Shown: in pieces, positions 1-11,962 of the stretch | How the letters are laid out: each line of letters starts with the position of its first letter | Numbering within the stretch: position 1 is the stretch's first letter | Notes under the pieces: generated by a model | Seen by the model: the letters and a program-made list of their open reading frames with translations, nothing else | Database searches by the model: none | Told to the model about the DNA's origin: nothing | Origin: Klebsormidium nitens | Lineage: Eukaryota > Plantae > Klebsormidiophyceae | DNA: 64,000 nt | NCBI GenBank assembly: GCA_000708835.1 | Contig: DF236973.1 | Location: forward strand, 62,001-126,000 | Reading direction: 5' to 3' | Position numbers and translations under genes: made by a program

Positions 1-1042
1 CGCTGCTATTTCAACAACGACCCTCAGGGCCGCTACGTGTGCTGCGACGGGCAGGGCTGCGACGGCTTCAACGCCGACAACCTGACGCCGCACTGCAAAA
101 ACTTCGGCTACGTGCCGCCCAACAACGGACTTAGCGGGCCGCCCCCCCCGAGCACTCCCCCGAGCGGTCCCCCGAGCGGCTCTCAAGGTAAGCCACGATT
201 CTTGCTTGGACAAAACTTGCATATCATCTGAGCACGACTCTCAGGCGGAACGCACAGGGACCTCGAAATGAGTGACGCTAGCCCTCCGGTCGACTTTTCG
301 GGCGACGTTCCGAGCCGCTCTTGACGTGAGAAGGGCGCGAGCGCTCTCCCGAGCACGTGGCAGCTCGGAGGCTGAACAAGGCGGCGTGACGCACTCCTTA
401 ATAGGAATGGGTTCAGCTCGTTCCTGGCGTTTCGTGCAGCGGCTCCATCTATCGGTGATTGACTGCTAATGTAGGAAAAGGTTGTCAAAGAGCTTGCAGA
501 GTGTCGGATCCTTGACCTTTTGACAGTTTGGAAATTCGCGATTGAATGCATCATGACAGCGATCAAATCTCAGAAGAGAGTAAGTTGCCGATTATGGCAT
601 ACTTGGGCGAGCATCTGTCTAGTCAGCACGACCATCAGACCAGTTTTTCTCGACGTGCATTGCCCAAACACTCATGGCGCAAGCTCAGGGTCGAAGTGCG
701 TAAAAGGTGAACGGCTCAAAAGCACATCAAATCCTAAAGCCCCGGAGCAAATGTGGGCTCCGGGGGCCCACATTTGTTGCTCCATGAATCGAGTCGGCTG
801 ATACCATACTTGGAAGTCAAGAGCGTGGGTCCCTTGAGCCCCAATCCCATGTATCTTACGGTGCAGGCGTCTGCGGCACGGGTGGTGCCACCGACTTCCC
901 GGTGCGCTGCTGGTTCAACAGCGACCCCCAGGGGCGTTACGTGTGCTGCGACAACGACGGATGCAACGGGTTCAACCCACCTGACTTCTCGTTCCCTCGC
1001 TGCAAGACCAACGGATATGTGCCCCCTGGGTTCGGTGTCTAG
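1..1042 (+). CDS. 3' part of a Cys-rich, probably secreted protein with tandem 6-Cys modules (5' end lies outside the window); exons <1-187 and 867-1042
   Basis: Frame 1 reads RCYFNNDPQGRYVCCDGQGCDGFN...HCKNFGYVPP, then a Pro/Ser linker. Donor G|GTAAG at 187/188 and acceptor GTGCAG|GC at 866/867 join in phase 1. The next exon reads GVCGTGGATDFPVRCWFNSDPQGRYVCCDNDGCNGFNPPDFSFPRCKTNGYVPPGFGV* (TAG 1040-1042). Confidence 0.8.
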
Positions 1043-2661
1043 TAACTGAGAGTCTATTTCGTAGACCAGATTCTTAGAAGTATGTCGCCCTTAGAACCGC
1101 GTGCAGATCAGAGAATATCGGCTATTTATTGCAATGGCCTTAATTCTGGCAAGCGTTTTTGGCATCCTGGTCCAAGTTAAGCAGGCTTCGAACTTCGTGG
1201 TCCTCAGGTACTAGGTTGAGGTGTTCAAGCAAAAGAACGAAAGCTACCGTAAATACACTGACCGAATCGTAGAACAGTAAGAGTCATTGCTTGGCATCAC
1301 GAAACCGGTAGACAAAGTCGGGCAGCTCACAATCCTTTTGATCAAGACACGCAGATATGCATGGACTCTCTCTGAAAGGAGGTGAGAGAGACCAAGTTTT
1401 GTAGTTCCAAGTGTCCCCGCAGCCTTTAGGTAGAACAGGGTCGATCAGCCCAAAGGTTGGCCATGACCCACTAACACGCGTGCATACTCGAGGTAACATT
1501 TGGTAGCTAGCCTGGCAAGGCGACCTTTAGTGAAGTTTCTTCAAATTACAAGTCGTCGGCCATCGCAAAGCCGTTTTGTCAATGTTGCATACTTCCTACG
1601 ACCTCCAAAAGTTGCCTGCGCAGCTCGGGCTTTCATGCAACTTGCAAAAGCCGTGACTGGATACGTGAGTCTTGCTTACCTGTCCCGTAGTTCCTGCTCC
1701 AAGACTTGGTGGGTATTCCATCAGCAAATCAGGATCATTTGAACGAATCAAAAATTACTCGTTCTGATATATGAAATGCCATGAGCGACTCTAGCTCTTA
1801 CTTTCTTCAGAGAACAATCGATTTGGATTGGGGAAATGTCGTCCGTGACTCGGAGCTTGATGGAACTAACGTCTTGCTCGATCCGACTAGGTATCAATCC
1901 TGCACTTGGGACCGCATGGATCATGCGGCTGCACGCACCTAGAGTGCACATGGGTCGATTCGAGGACTCTAGCTTCGAGCTATCCGCCATGTACAAGTTG
2001 AATAGCTTGCATGCCGCCATTGTTGTTAGCTCCGTGTGCAGTCTGACCTCCATTTGAACCGATCGAAACACGATTGGAGCTTTCTGACACTGAGGCGCGC
2101 ATAAGCATGGTTCGTTTCCTCCCAAACTCGGTCACTGAGTCATACACTGACAAAATCATGCATGTAAATTTTCGCCCATCATTATATGCATAATCGCACA
2201 GATCCTGAAATGGAATGACATACGAATGGCCCTCAAAAGACGTTTTGTGCTTTCGAATTGCGTTGAATTAAAGAGCTAGCAACGACACATCAGACGACCG
2301 GCTTCGGGCTTCGGGCAACGGACATTGATAAGAGCAGCCTAAGACCATGGAAAATCAGCTTAGCATGCCAATGTTTACCCTCAAAGTCACTTCTTGAGAG
2401 AAGACTCTCAGTCATGCAGTGAGTCGCTCCTTGCCGAATCAATGAAAGCTTTGAGTAGCAATTGATCTGGTCCAATACTCTATGCTATATATACACTGGC
2501 ATGCGACGGTGCGCTACCACGAAACAAGTGCGCAGAATGCAATGCAATCTGTAAAACGTCCTGACTCCATGACACGACGACTATCATGAACGCCAGACCC
2601 GCAACACATCGTGCGGCAGGGCCGCTTCCTGCTCAATGTCTTCTTAGATCTAAAGCTAGCT

Positions 2662-5600
2662 CTATATCCGGAAGCTCGACATTCTGTCAAGCAACATGGG
2701 CACCCACGAATTGATCCCCCGCGCCAGCATCGGCAGCAACTCGCTGAGTTGCTCGTCAGCAAAGTCAATCATCAACTCCCAAAAATACAGATCGGTCGCC
2801 AGCGCCAACGAAATCAGCAGCATGGCTGCGGTCTGGGACCGGTTGAGCGGCCAATTCGACAGCGCGCGCAAGTCAGATAGAATCTTTTCCAGGGGGTCGA
2901 TTCCGCTGGAAAGCGGGTCCGCCCGGTTGGTCATCCGCCATGCAGTCCGCCACTGCGTCTTGGTTCGCGTTAACCCAAACTCGGTTAGCAGGCGGTCCTC
3001 GATGTCGGGCAAGTGGGCGCTGCCGTAAAAGATGGCAATCCGCCGGTCGCCCCGAGCGATTGCTGCACAGGAAAATCGCGTAGCTTAGTTAATCACGTCC
3101 ACAAGCATCTGGACCTTGGTGTAACGGCTTTCCTGACATGTGAAGATCGACAGATCACTCGCTAGTCAGCCGATCTCATCCCAAGAGAATTGAGAATCTC
3201 TGAGATGCATCTGTCTTTTTCGCTACACTCGTTCCCGCAGTTGATGGTGAAGCAACTCCCTCTTCATCCGAACATGACGTAATGTCGTGTTGAAGGGGGA
3301 AGTTGACGCCTAGGGTGTAAGAGATTAGCACCATGCCTGAGGAAAAAATCATAGGCTAAAACCGCACACTACCAAAGTGCATCCAGTAATTTATTCTGAC
3401 AAATCACAAATCGGCGACGTCTCTTCCAAGTGACCCCTCTGCTGCCTGCTTTTACTCTTGGGGCCATCAGCCAAGTCCGCGCAGATCCCCCTTCATGTCT
3501 GGCTGCCGGATCGCTTCACCAATTCGGGCTTTAGCTAGGGCCAGGATCACTGCCCCCATCGCGCCCCAAGCCCTTCCCAGCAATGTACCGCTCAAGAACC
3601 TCAAGCGATTGCATGTCCTGCGAAAGACTTCGTTCAGATGTCGGTAATGAAAAGACTGGCAGGAACAGACTGGGCCTCTCACCTCGTTCCAACTCTTTCA
3701 ACGCAACGGCGTTTCGTTCGCCTATGATGACGGAGCTCCTGACGTCGTCGCTGGCGTCTTCGAACTGTTTGAACATGCTGGGAAAAGGAGGACGAAGCTT
3801 CAGACTGTGCGACAGGAAAAATCAGAAATATCTAGTCAAGTACATGTTTGCCAAGCGTCTCAAAAGTCCAACTACGCCGCAATGACTCTTGCAGGTTTTC
3901 CAACCCTTACGTGGTCGTTGGAGCCTGTGGCTTATTGCCTCCATCGTTCGACAATCGAAGGATTGTGCTCTCTTGTCACCGGACATATGCACAGGATTCG
4001 AGCCAATATCGGCAGCAACCAAGAGCTACTCACACAGTGAGGAAACACCCAGCACGATTGCGGTGTTCCCAATCAATGTTGACAGACTTTGTTGATGCCA
4101 TTTTGACAAGGAGAAAAGAGTAAACAACCTGATCGAGGCAAGCCGCTTCCCGGCAGACAATCTCCGAAACACGAACTAAAGAGGTGGGAGAAATTGGCCC
4201 GCCATAACCTGAGGCTCAAAGAGAATCTTTTGCGGGATGCTTTTGCTTTTGGGTTCGCCGATAAATTCCAGACCGAAGAAGTGCCACACGACCACGGAGA
4301 CAATCTCTTGACTAGAGAAACTGACGGAGTCGCTCACTCGTTGCTGAGCTGGCGCGCCAGCGTGACTTTCATCGCGGCCGCCAGGTCCAGGTCCAGGAGC
4401 GCTTTCACCTCCGGCGTTCCCCCGAGGCGCGCACTCTCAGGCGCGCACACGCCCTCGATCAGCAGCAGTCCGACGAGGGGCATCGGAAGGAACCGGGCGG
4501 TCATGAGCAGTTTAGACTTCCAGGCGGAAATGCCCTCGGGGAGGTTCCCCCAGGGCATCTTGCGGCTAGCGGCGCTGATGGTCTTGGCGAAGCTGAAGAG
4601 GCCCTCTTTGCGCTCCTTTTGCATCTTGATAAACCTGCGAAGGAGCCGGGAATTTTCAGGAGGATTGTTTGAAGGGCGCTCCTTTTNNNNNNNNNNNNNN
4701 NNNNNNNNNNNNNNNNNNNNNNNNNNNNNNNNNNNNNNNNNNNNNNNNNNNNNNNNNNNNNNNNNNNNNNNNNNNNNNNNNNNNNNNNNNNNNNNNNNNN
4801 NNNNNNNNNNNNNNNNNNNNNNNNNNNNNNNNNNNNNNNNNNNNNNNNNNNNNNNNNNNNNNNNNNNNNNNNNNNNNNNNNNNNAACTTTCAGGAGATTG
4901 TTTGAAGGGCGCTCCTTTTGCGTTTTGATGAACCTGCAAAGAATCCGAGAACTTTCACGAGGATGGTCGGAGGGAAGTTATGCCAGAATGCTTGGACGAT
5001 CTGGATGAAACTTGCAGTGAAAAGAAAGGATACACAAGCACAGTCCCAAGACGGCCGAGATACAGGTCGTGACGAGACGAATCGTGATGCAGACGACTAT
5101 CTTGTGACCATCCCAAATCCAGTATACGGCACACTCCTTTTAGGATCAATCGTGGAGTTGGAAGACCTAGAGCCTCCGAAAATTGACTGATGCCTCCGAA
5201 CAATTGACTAATGCCTTACTGGTTGTAGTCCATGTCTGCGTTCGTCCAATGCCGCTGCTCATAGTCCATCTCCGTCAGTTGGAAATCCAAGTTCAGCGCC
5301 CATGCCATCGTCTTCTGCAGGTACCCCACGATCAACACCTTCCAGCTTCGCCGCTGTCGCTGCTGGGCCCGTCGAATCTGCGCCTTGGTCACGATTCCGT
5401 ACTCGATCGCCCTTTTCCCGAGCTCCATCCCCGCTAGATCGTGGATCTTCAGACCTTTTTCTAGAGCGGCATGGTACTGCCGGAGGGTGGTCTCGAGAGA
5501 GGGGGATGTGCGCTGAACGGGCCGGTCGATGGCTTCGATCAACTCCTGCGTCTCTTTGTCGGTTACCATCTGCAAGCGGAGGAATGTTACAGGCTCCTTT

Positions 5601-7028
5601 AGTGCCCTGGAACGAGAGTTGGTAAAATTGAGCAGCAGCAGCCGCTTCAGGCTTGTCATATGCATGCCACCTTCTGGTTTTGGATTTGGATCAGATTTCA
5701 CTCTGCGTACGACCGAAGCAACTGAATGGACAACGACACAAAGGGAAAGGACACAAAAGTCAGTATCCGTAACAGGACATCAATTAGGATGAGGGCAAAG
5801 CAAGATGGGTCAAGGCAATGACGAAGGTGCAACAACTTTCTGTTATCTGACGTCTTTTCAAGAAAGCTTGCTTAGAAAGACTGTTCAAACATCAAGCATG
5901 CGAAGGTTGTACCATAACAGTGGATGGAGCTTCTGGTGAAAGTACCACTATGAGCCATTGATCCCATATGCCCCAACAGGGATGTTTCCAAGTACACCCT
6001 TGCTTTGACTTGGCAAGCCCGGCCTCATGCCTGCGGGCCCGAAAATTGTACAATTCTCGCGCATTAGCAAGCCGGCATCAGCAGACATTCTAAAGGACGG
6101 TGTACTTTTTTGCAACAATAAAGATCTGATTGTGCCATCATGAAATCCATTCGGTTGGGAAGAAGAAGCCCTACATGGCCCCTGTAAGGCAACTGTAGCT
6201 AGATCACATGCTGACAACTCGTGATGGTGGCAATTCAACCAGCTTTCTGGGTCTGGAGTGCTCTGTAAGGGTTGCATTTTGGACTGGCTCCAAAAAGGGT
6301 ACTGCAACGCCTCAGTGGCCTTAGGCTCACCCCCTCCAATGCTTGTGATAGGCATAGAATGCTTCTCTTGCCAGCCTTGAGAAGAAACCCTAGTCTGTGC
6401 AAAATGAAGGCAATGCAACTGTATGGAGCAAAGATTTCTTCCAAAAGATGGAATCCCTTGCACTTCAATGGTCATGCCAAAGCTCAAAAAGCTCGTATTT
6501 AAGCCTCTCAAATCTGTCTCTTACCTCGTAGAGCACTCTGTCGTAATTTTGAAACTCCTCCTGCAGGCCCTGGTAGTAGCTCTTGTCTGCAATGTGCACA
6601 CACGCAACCAGGTCCACCTCGAGCGGCCGCCTTCCAACAAGGCCCTCCCACCACTCCCCCTCTTTTGAGTATGTCACAATGGCCGTCTGGAGCTCAGTCC
6701 CTGCCTCCCCCATGTCTTTGAACCGCATAAAGTCCGTACTCTTGCCAGCTTTCGGCACCGACTCGCGCTTTGCTTTGGCCGCATGCTCCTGTATGCCGGC
6801 TGCATGAGAAAGCATTCGAGTGCCCGCGCTCTCGGCTTGTGCCCTTGCGCCTTTGGCCCCCACATTGCGACGAGACTCCTGACTGCTTTTCCGACCCAAA
6901 GGAACCTTTCTAGCGCTTGTAAAGAGAGAACCTTCAGAGAAGCCCGTGCGATCCAGACAACGCTGCCCCCGCGCGAAGGCGCAGGACAGGCAAATGCCAG
7001 CCGGAGCCCCAACCTGCGCTGTCGTCAT
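2662..7028 (-). CDS. Conserved plastid-type protein of unknown function (possibly TraB/GumN-like); exons 7028-6525, 5569-5220, 4634-4338, 3777-3683, 3062-2662
   Basis: Five exons join in consistent phases (0,2,2,1) with GT/AG ends. Motifs [44 protein letters not shown]...[27 protein letters not shown] and [17 protein letters not shown] match a family I recall from land plants and planctomycetes. The N-terminus is Ser/Ala/Arg-rich like a transit peptide; the start codon is uncertain. Confidence 0.75.
4640..4940 (-). repeat. Intronic tandem repeat whose unit includes a copy of the splice acceptor and exon start; interrupted by the assembly gap
   Basis: TTTCAGGAG(G)ATTGTTTGAAGGGCGCTCCTTTT occurs on both sides of the gap (~4654-4686 and ~4888-4919). 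On the minus strand TTTGCAG|GTTCATCAAAACGCAAAAGGAGCGC at 4933 copies the real junction TTCGCAG|GTTTATCAAGATGCAAAAGGAGCGC at 4634. Confidence 0.75.
4687..4884. other. Assembly gap (run of N)
   Basis: 198 N directly in the sequence, flanked by the same repeat unit on both sides. Confidence 0.99.
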
Positions 7029-7927
7029 CTGTGCTGCCTCTAGATGCCGCGGGCCAGCTAGCTTGCTCCAGGATCCTTGTGAGAAGATGGCAGACCTTAG
7101 GCTTCAGGATAAGAAGGCGACAGCTCGCCCAGCCGACGCTCGCGCCCTGCTGAAAATATTGCCTGGAAATTCTACACTTCGAAGCTTCAACTTCATGCAC
7201 TGATGCAGGGAGAGGGCCAAATTTGGGCGCGGATCTGCATTCCGGTCAACTTCCGGTCTGACGTTCCCTCCAAGGTCCGGCGGAATGCCTGCTGCCTTTC
7301 GACATCTACGTAGTCTTAGAAGATCCAAGCATGCGCTGTTCGTAGGCTAGTAAGGGACTCGGCAATTCATGCATCATTGCCATGATGTCCACCATGTAAG
7401 ACGTGGGCCGAATGCTTTGTTATACAGGCAACACGCCACGCAGTGGAACTCAATGAAGCCATACCATTATGTGCAGATCACCTAGATAATTCACAATATA
7501 CGGTATGCTTGGGCATATTGTCACGCAGCGTATCATGTTAGAGGTTCATGCACCTGACCGCTTGGTCGCAAGGCATCAAGAAAACCCCTTGCACATGGTC
7601 ATAGCTTTGGGGCAATTGATTCTGGCCAGATTGAGAAGCCCTGACCATGGCATCTGACAGAATTGATGCCTGAAAGCTCTTCAATGGCAAGTCACAAGTC
7701 AAAGGCTCAAACTTCGCGTAGAGGAAGCACATATGTTCAGAAGTCGGAAGCGAACGACGTAGAACTCGTCACACTCTCCCACAGTTGGCTATGTTAACAT
7801 GTCAACAAGAGCGTGTTACAGCACCAATGTATGGACTTATTACAAAATAGCGTTTCGCAACAGCACAACTTTGCAAACACAGGTACTTTATCGGAGGCCA
7901 CGAGGATTCCGCGAGATGGGGGTCCGT

Positions 7928-10900
7928 TTACATAGGCCCCAGAGCACCGTATCCGCCCTGCTCTAGTTCCTTTGCCAACTCTTTTCCGCCAGTCTTGACT
8001 ATCCGTCCGCTTTGCTGCAGAGGACCAAAAGTTCCACGTTAGCACAAGGTGAGGCACAGCTTTAGAGCAGTCAAACAAGGCGTAGTACCAGATACAAAGT
8101 GTCGTTCAGTCCCGTGACCAGTGTACGTTACGTCGTGATTGCTTTGCCTCTGAAATCACAAGGAACTGGCCGACAAACTTCATTACTGCCCGCAAATTAG
8201 CTTCCAAGCTGACAAGATCAGTCCGGCTCCTTGGACATCGAAAGAACTCAGTAGACGCTGTTCATTGCTGAAGCAGAGAAGTTGTCTCGTAGCCTTCTTT
8301 ACTGGAGGCTCAATGCAGAAACGAAGAGCCTGACGGACTCTGCGACTCTGAAATGCGCCCTCGGCTAAGTGCTTGAGCCCTTTCTTTAGCGCTTTTCTTG
8401 CAGCAGAAGACTCCGCCAAGTAGGAGGGCACGCAGACAAGTTTCTTGTGAAGCAAGGAAGAGGAGGCGATGGTGGCAGAGTCTGCACAGGAGGCATGCTC
8501 AGAGAAACCACTCCCTCGGATGGAGAAAATCCATTCCACGATGACGTGAGTACACAGGTCGAGCAGCGATGCCAGCACGAAAAGTTGCAGGCTGACTAGT
8601 CACCCGCACGGAAAGGGCTCCATTAGAGTTTGCATTTCACACGACGTGCTCACCATGATGTAAACGTACTCGTGCATGCTCTAGTTAAGAAAATGGGGAT
8701 GCGCACTTGGTAGCATGACATACCCCGAAAAGATTGAGGAAAGATGGATAAGCGCAAAAAAACTGTCCACCGAAACTTTAGAAGCAGGAGGTTGTTCTCA
8801 CCATGATGTGCACAAAGTCGGGCGTGATGTAGTCGAGCAGCCGCTGGTAGTGCGTGATGAGCAGAACCGCGTTGTTTGATTTACGGAGCCCGTTCACCGC
8901 CTCCGCGACGTCCCGCAGTGCGTCGATGTCCAGCCCGGAGTCAATCTCGTCTAGGATCGCGAGGTCGGCCTCCAAAACCTGAATATTGAGAAACAGGGTG
9001 TTGCATATTCTAACGTTTTCGAACCGAAATCGAAGAACCTCGTTCAGGATTGTCACGTTGGCCTCCAGGATCAGTACTCAGAGTCTTGCCTCAAGTTGTA
9101 ATCCAGATCTGAAATGAAACAATCATTCAAGGGTACAGGCGCTACTCGCTAAAAGTCCTCAAATTCAGCGAAACATGATGTAACGGCTACTGCAGTTGGA
9201 TGTCCGAGGGCAAGGCAAAAGCCCAGAAGCTTCAAGATGGTAGAGTTTCCAGAGACAAGCACTTACGGCGAGTTGCAGAATCTCGTTCCGCTTCTTTTCC
9301 CCCCCGCTGAAGCCCTCGTTGACGTTCCTTGAGAGGAAGCTGGCGTCCATTTTGAGCTGGTCCAGCTTGGGCGTCAGAAACGCATAAAACTGCAAGAAAG
9401 CAAGAGAGTGTATCAAACCTTGACCAGCCGGGACCAACATGGAAGAACGGATACCGTAGCAGGGTTCTCTGCGAGGACGTCTGGGTGCCGGGAACGTGTA
9501 TCAGAAGGAACAGCAATGGACAAGAAACGAAATCTCTAAGCAGCTCTAAACCAGCAAGTGAATTTCTGCAGTGCTTCCCTTGAAGACGAAGTTGTGCAAG
9601 ATCAAGACCACCAGACACAATTTCTTGAGATTCAGACGGAATGCATTCTTTGAGTTGTGTTGTCTCCTCTTGCGAAAACCATCAAAAACCGGTCAAAGTC
9701 GAACAGCGAAGCAGAAGCCTGAGCTGCTTAAGATGAACCATGCTGCGTTCTTCCCCAACATTTGCCACAAAGTACGACCTCATATGCTTTGGAAACGATC
9801 ACCGGTGCTTGCTTAGCACTTTCGCCTGCACGCATTGCAAACGCCACGAAATCTATTCCGCACAATAGGAGTGTCCATGCAGACCCGTTCATTTTCTGAA
9901 GAGGAGCTGCTTTCATTATGGGCTTGGTCATCTCCCTAAAGTCTGAAGTGGACAAGTTTCTGAAAGCCAGGCTGCCTCCTGCCTCACCTCTAACGGGTCC
10001 AGCTCTTTGAGCCCCTGCGCTTGCCGCCGCGCGTTGTGCGCCATGCGCAGGAAGTCCGTGTTGCTGACACCTGGCACCTCGACGGGCGACTGGAAGCTGA
10101 GGAACAGGCCCGCGTGGCTCCGCTCCTCCGGCTCCAACTCAAACAGGTCCTTGCCCTTGAACTTGGCGGAGCCCCCTGTCACGTCGTAGTCCGGGTGACC
10201 CACGAGCACCTAGGCGATATCGACAAGTGGTCTCATTGACGGGAAAGAATGTTTGCGAGGGAGGGGAGTGGACAGCTGATTAAGTTCTTGATTTTTGGAT
10301 CCATTGAACGACTTCTACAGGGGATATTTTCGACTACCAAAGTGGCATGAACTCCTCAAGCGGACTGGAAAGTATTTCCACCGTCCTACAGATAGGCAAA
10401 GCAGAAATTAACAGGCGCTTGCGACTATCAAAATGTTAAGGATGCTTTGCACTGCTAGAAACTATTACTTCGAACTCAGAGTTGATTGAGCTAGCCGATC
10501 GAAAAAACCCGGTACAAGAGGAGGTGCTCCGTCAATGACCTGAAGCACAGCGTACGTGAAGCACTCACCTTTGAGAGGGTGCTCTTTCCGGAGCCATTCT
10601 TCCCCATGATTGCATGGACCTCCCCCTCTCGGATTGTGATGTTTAACCCTTTTAGAATCTGCCGGCCCCCATCCGCAACTTCCGCTTCTAGCCCCTCAAC
10701 CTCCAACAACACCTGTGCCATCAGAAAATAGCCATTACAACAGGGAGTATTTGAGGCAACTGCATCTCTTTATTCAATCATGGAACCCTTGGACGTCAGA
10801 AGGACATACATTCTTTGAGAGGAGTGGCCGACCATATGTAGAACAGCTTGTGTCAACTCTTCTCGTAATGCAGAAGATACCAATTGCACCATTTGCAGGT

Positions 10901-11492
10901 AACGGCTTCTATAGCACACTTGTCAAGCAACCTTGATTGCTAGCATGCCCCTCTGGATTACACTTGCTCTTTGGTCACAATTGAAAGTGGGTAGCCACTC
11001 GACATTGCAGCGAGTGCAGTCGTTCTGACCCTCTGCTCGCACGGCATTATAATTGTGACACAGCCTCAGGCAACGCCACAGCAGACAATTTGAATTGCCA
11101 CCAAGAAACAGTACACCACGAGCATCGATGTAAACGATGACATGTATGTTTAACAGAGCGATACACGCTTTTTGCCAAACCAAATGCCCTTGACAACATC
11201 AGAGGGGAGCTTTTACCTTGCCCGGTTCTGTGCTTGTGCTAGTGGGAGCTTCTGACGTTGACACCGCCGCTTTCACACAGGTTGGCTGCCGGAACACAAC
11301 AGTTTTTCCTACCCTGGACACAGCTTTTCTACTTGCACCACATTTTAGACCAGAATGTACCACGTCTGCTTTGTGCAGAGGTGATTGCGGGAGCAGAGGA
11401 CACCTTGCGTTTGTTTCATATCGCGACTGTCTAGACGTCCCGCACGTCAGGTTGTGTATGGAGGCCGCTTTTGCCGCCGCACTTGTCGCCAT
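7928..11492 (-). CDS. sufC: Plastid Fe-S cluster assembly ATPase SufC (ABCI6/NAP7 ortholog); exons 11492-11217, 10712-10569, 10209-9988, 9389-9267, 8978-8802, 8014-7928
   Basis: Transit peptide, Walker [72 protein letters not shown] and C-terminal [18 protein letters not shown]; all introns GT-AG, phase 0. Confidence 0.96.
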
Positions 11493-11962
11493 TGTTCAGA
11501 ACCTTCTCAGAGCTGACAGGTCCAATCGTCTCACAACCTAAGAACAATGCTGGAGGCGCTCTAGTCGCAGCCAATGCTCTTCCGTGCGTCCTCCGTGTAT
11601 CTTCTGCGGCAAGCAGCAATGCTGCAGTCTGCCAGTCTGAGTACGCAGGGAAGCAGGGCTTAGAAGCTGAACTAGAAACGTGAGGTGTGGGAACGGTATT
11701 AGTTAGATTCATGTTTAAAGAAGCTCAAGATTGGTTCCGAGTTCGGCACGGTAAAGGTAGGGCGGACTTGCCAGCCTCGGCGGACGCAGGGCGGGCCAAG
11801 AACGCGCGCGGCCGCGCATTTCAGACTAGCCTGAGCCCATGAGGCTGAGCCTGCTGGAGGCTGGAGGTACAGTAGCTAGATTGAAGCACTAAAAGAAGTG
11901 AGGAGGGGCGCCTGAAAGGACATTATACTGCCAAGGGCTGGCCATACGAAAGGGTCGGAATC
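11493..11962. promoter_or_regulatory. Divergent (bidirectional) promoter between sufC and PPIL2
   Basis: 470 bp between head-to-head ATGs (11492 and 11963). It holds a CG-rich core ACGCGCGCGGCCGCGCAT (11802-11819) and a site-II-like AGCCCA. Confidence 0.6.

Noticed and set aside
1100-2600. Short ORFs (e.g. 1748-2125) as a possible transposon relic
   Set aside because: No RT, transposase or recombinase motifs, no terminal repeats and weak codon bias.
6235-6468. Apparent frameshifted continuation of the 6465-7028 ORF
   Set aside because: A strong donor GAG|GTAAGA at 6525 splices in phase to 5569, so this region is intron.
6560-6680. GEWW..EVDLVA resembling a PD-(D/E)xK or DUF234 nuclease motif
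   Set aside because: It is explained as part of the conserved plastid-type protein ([11 protein letters not shown]).
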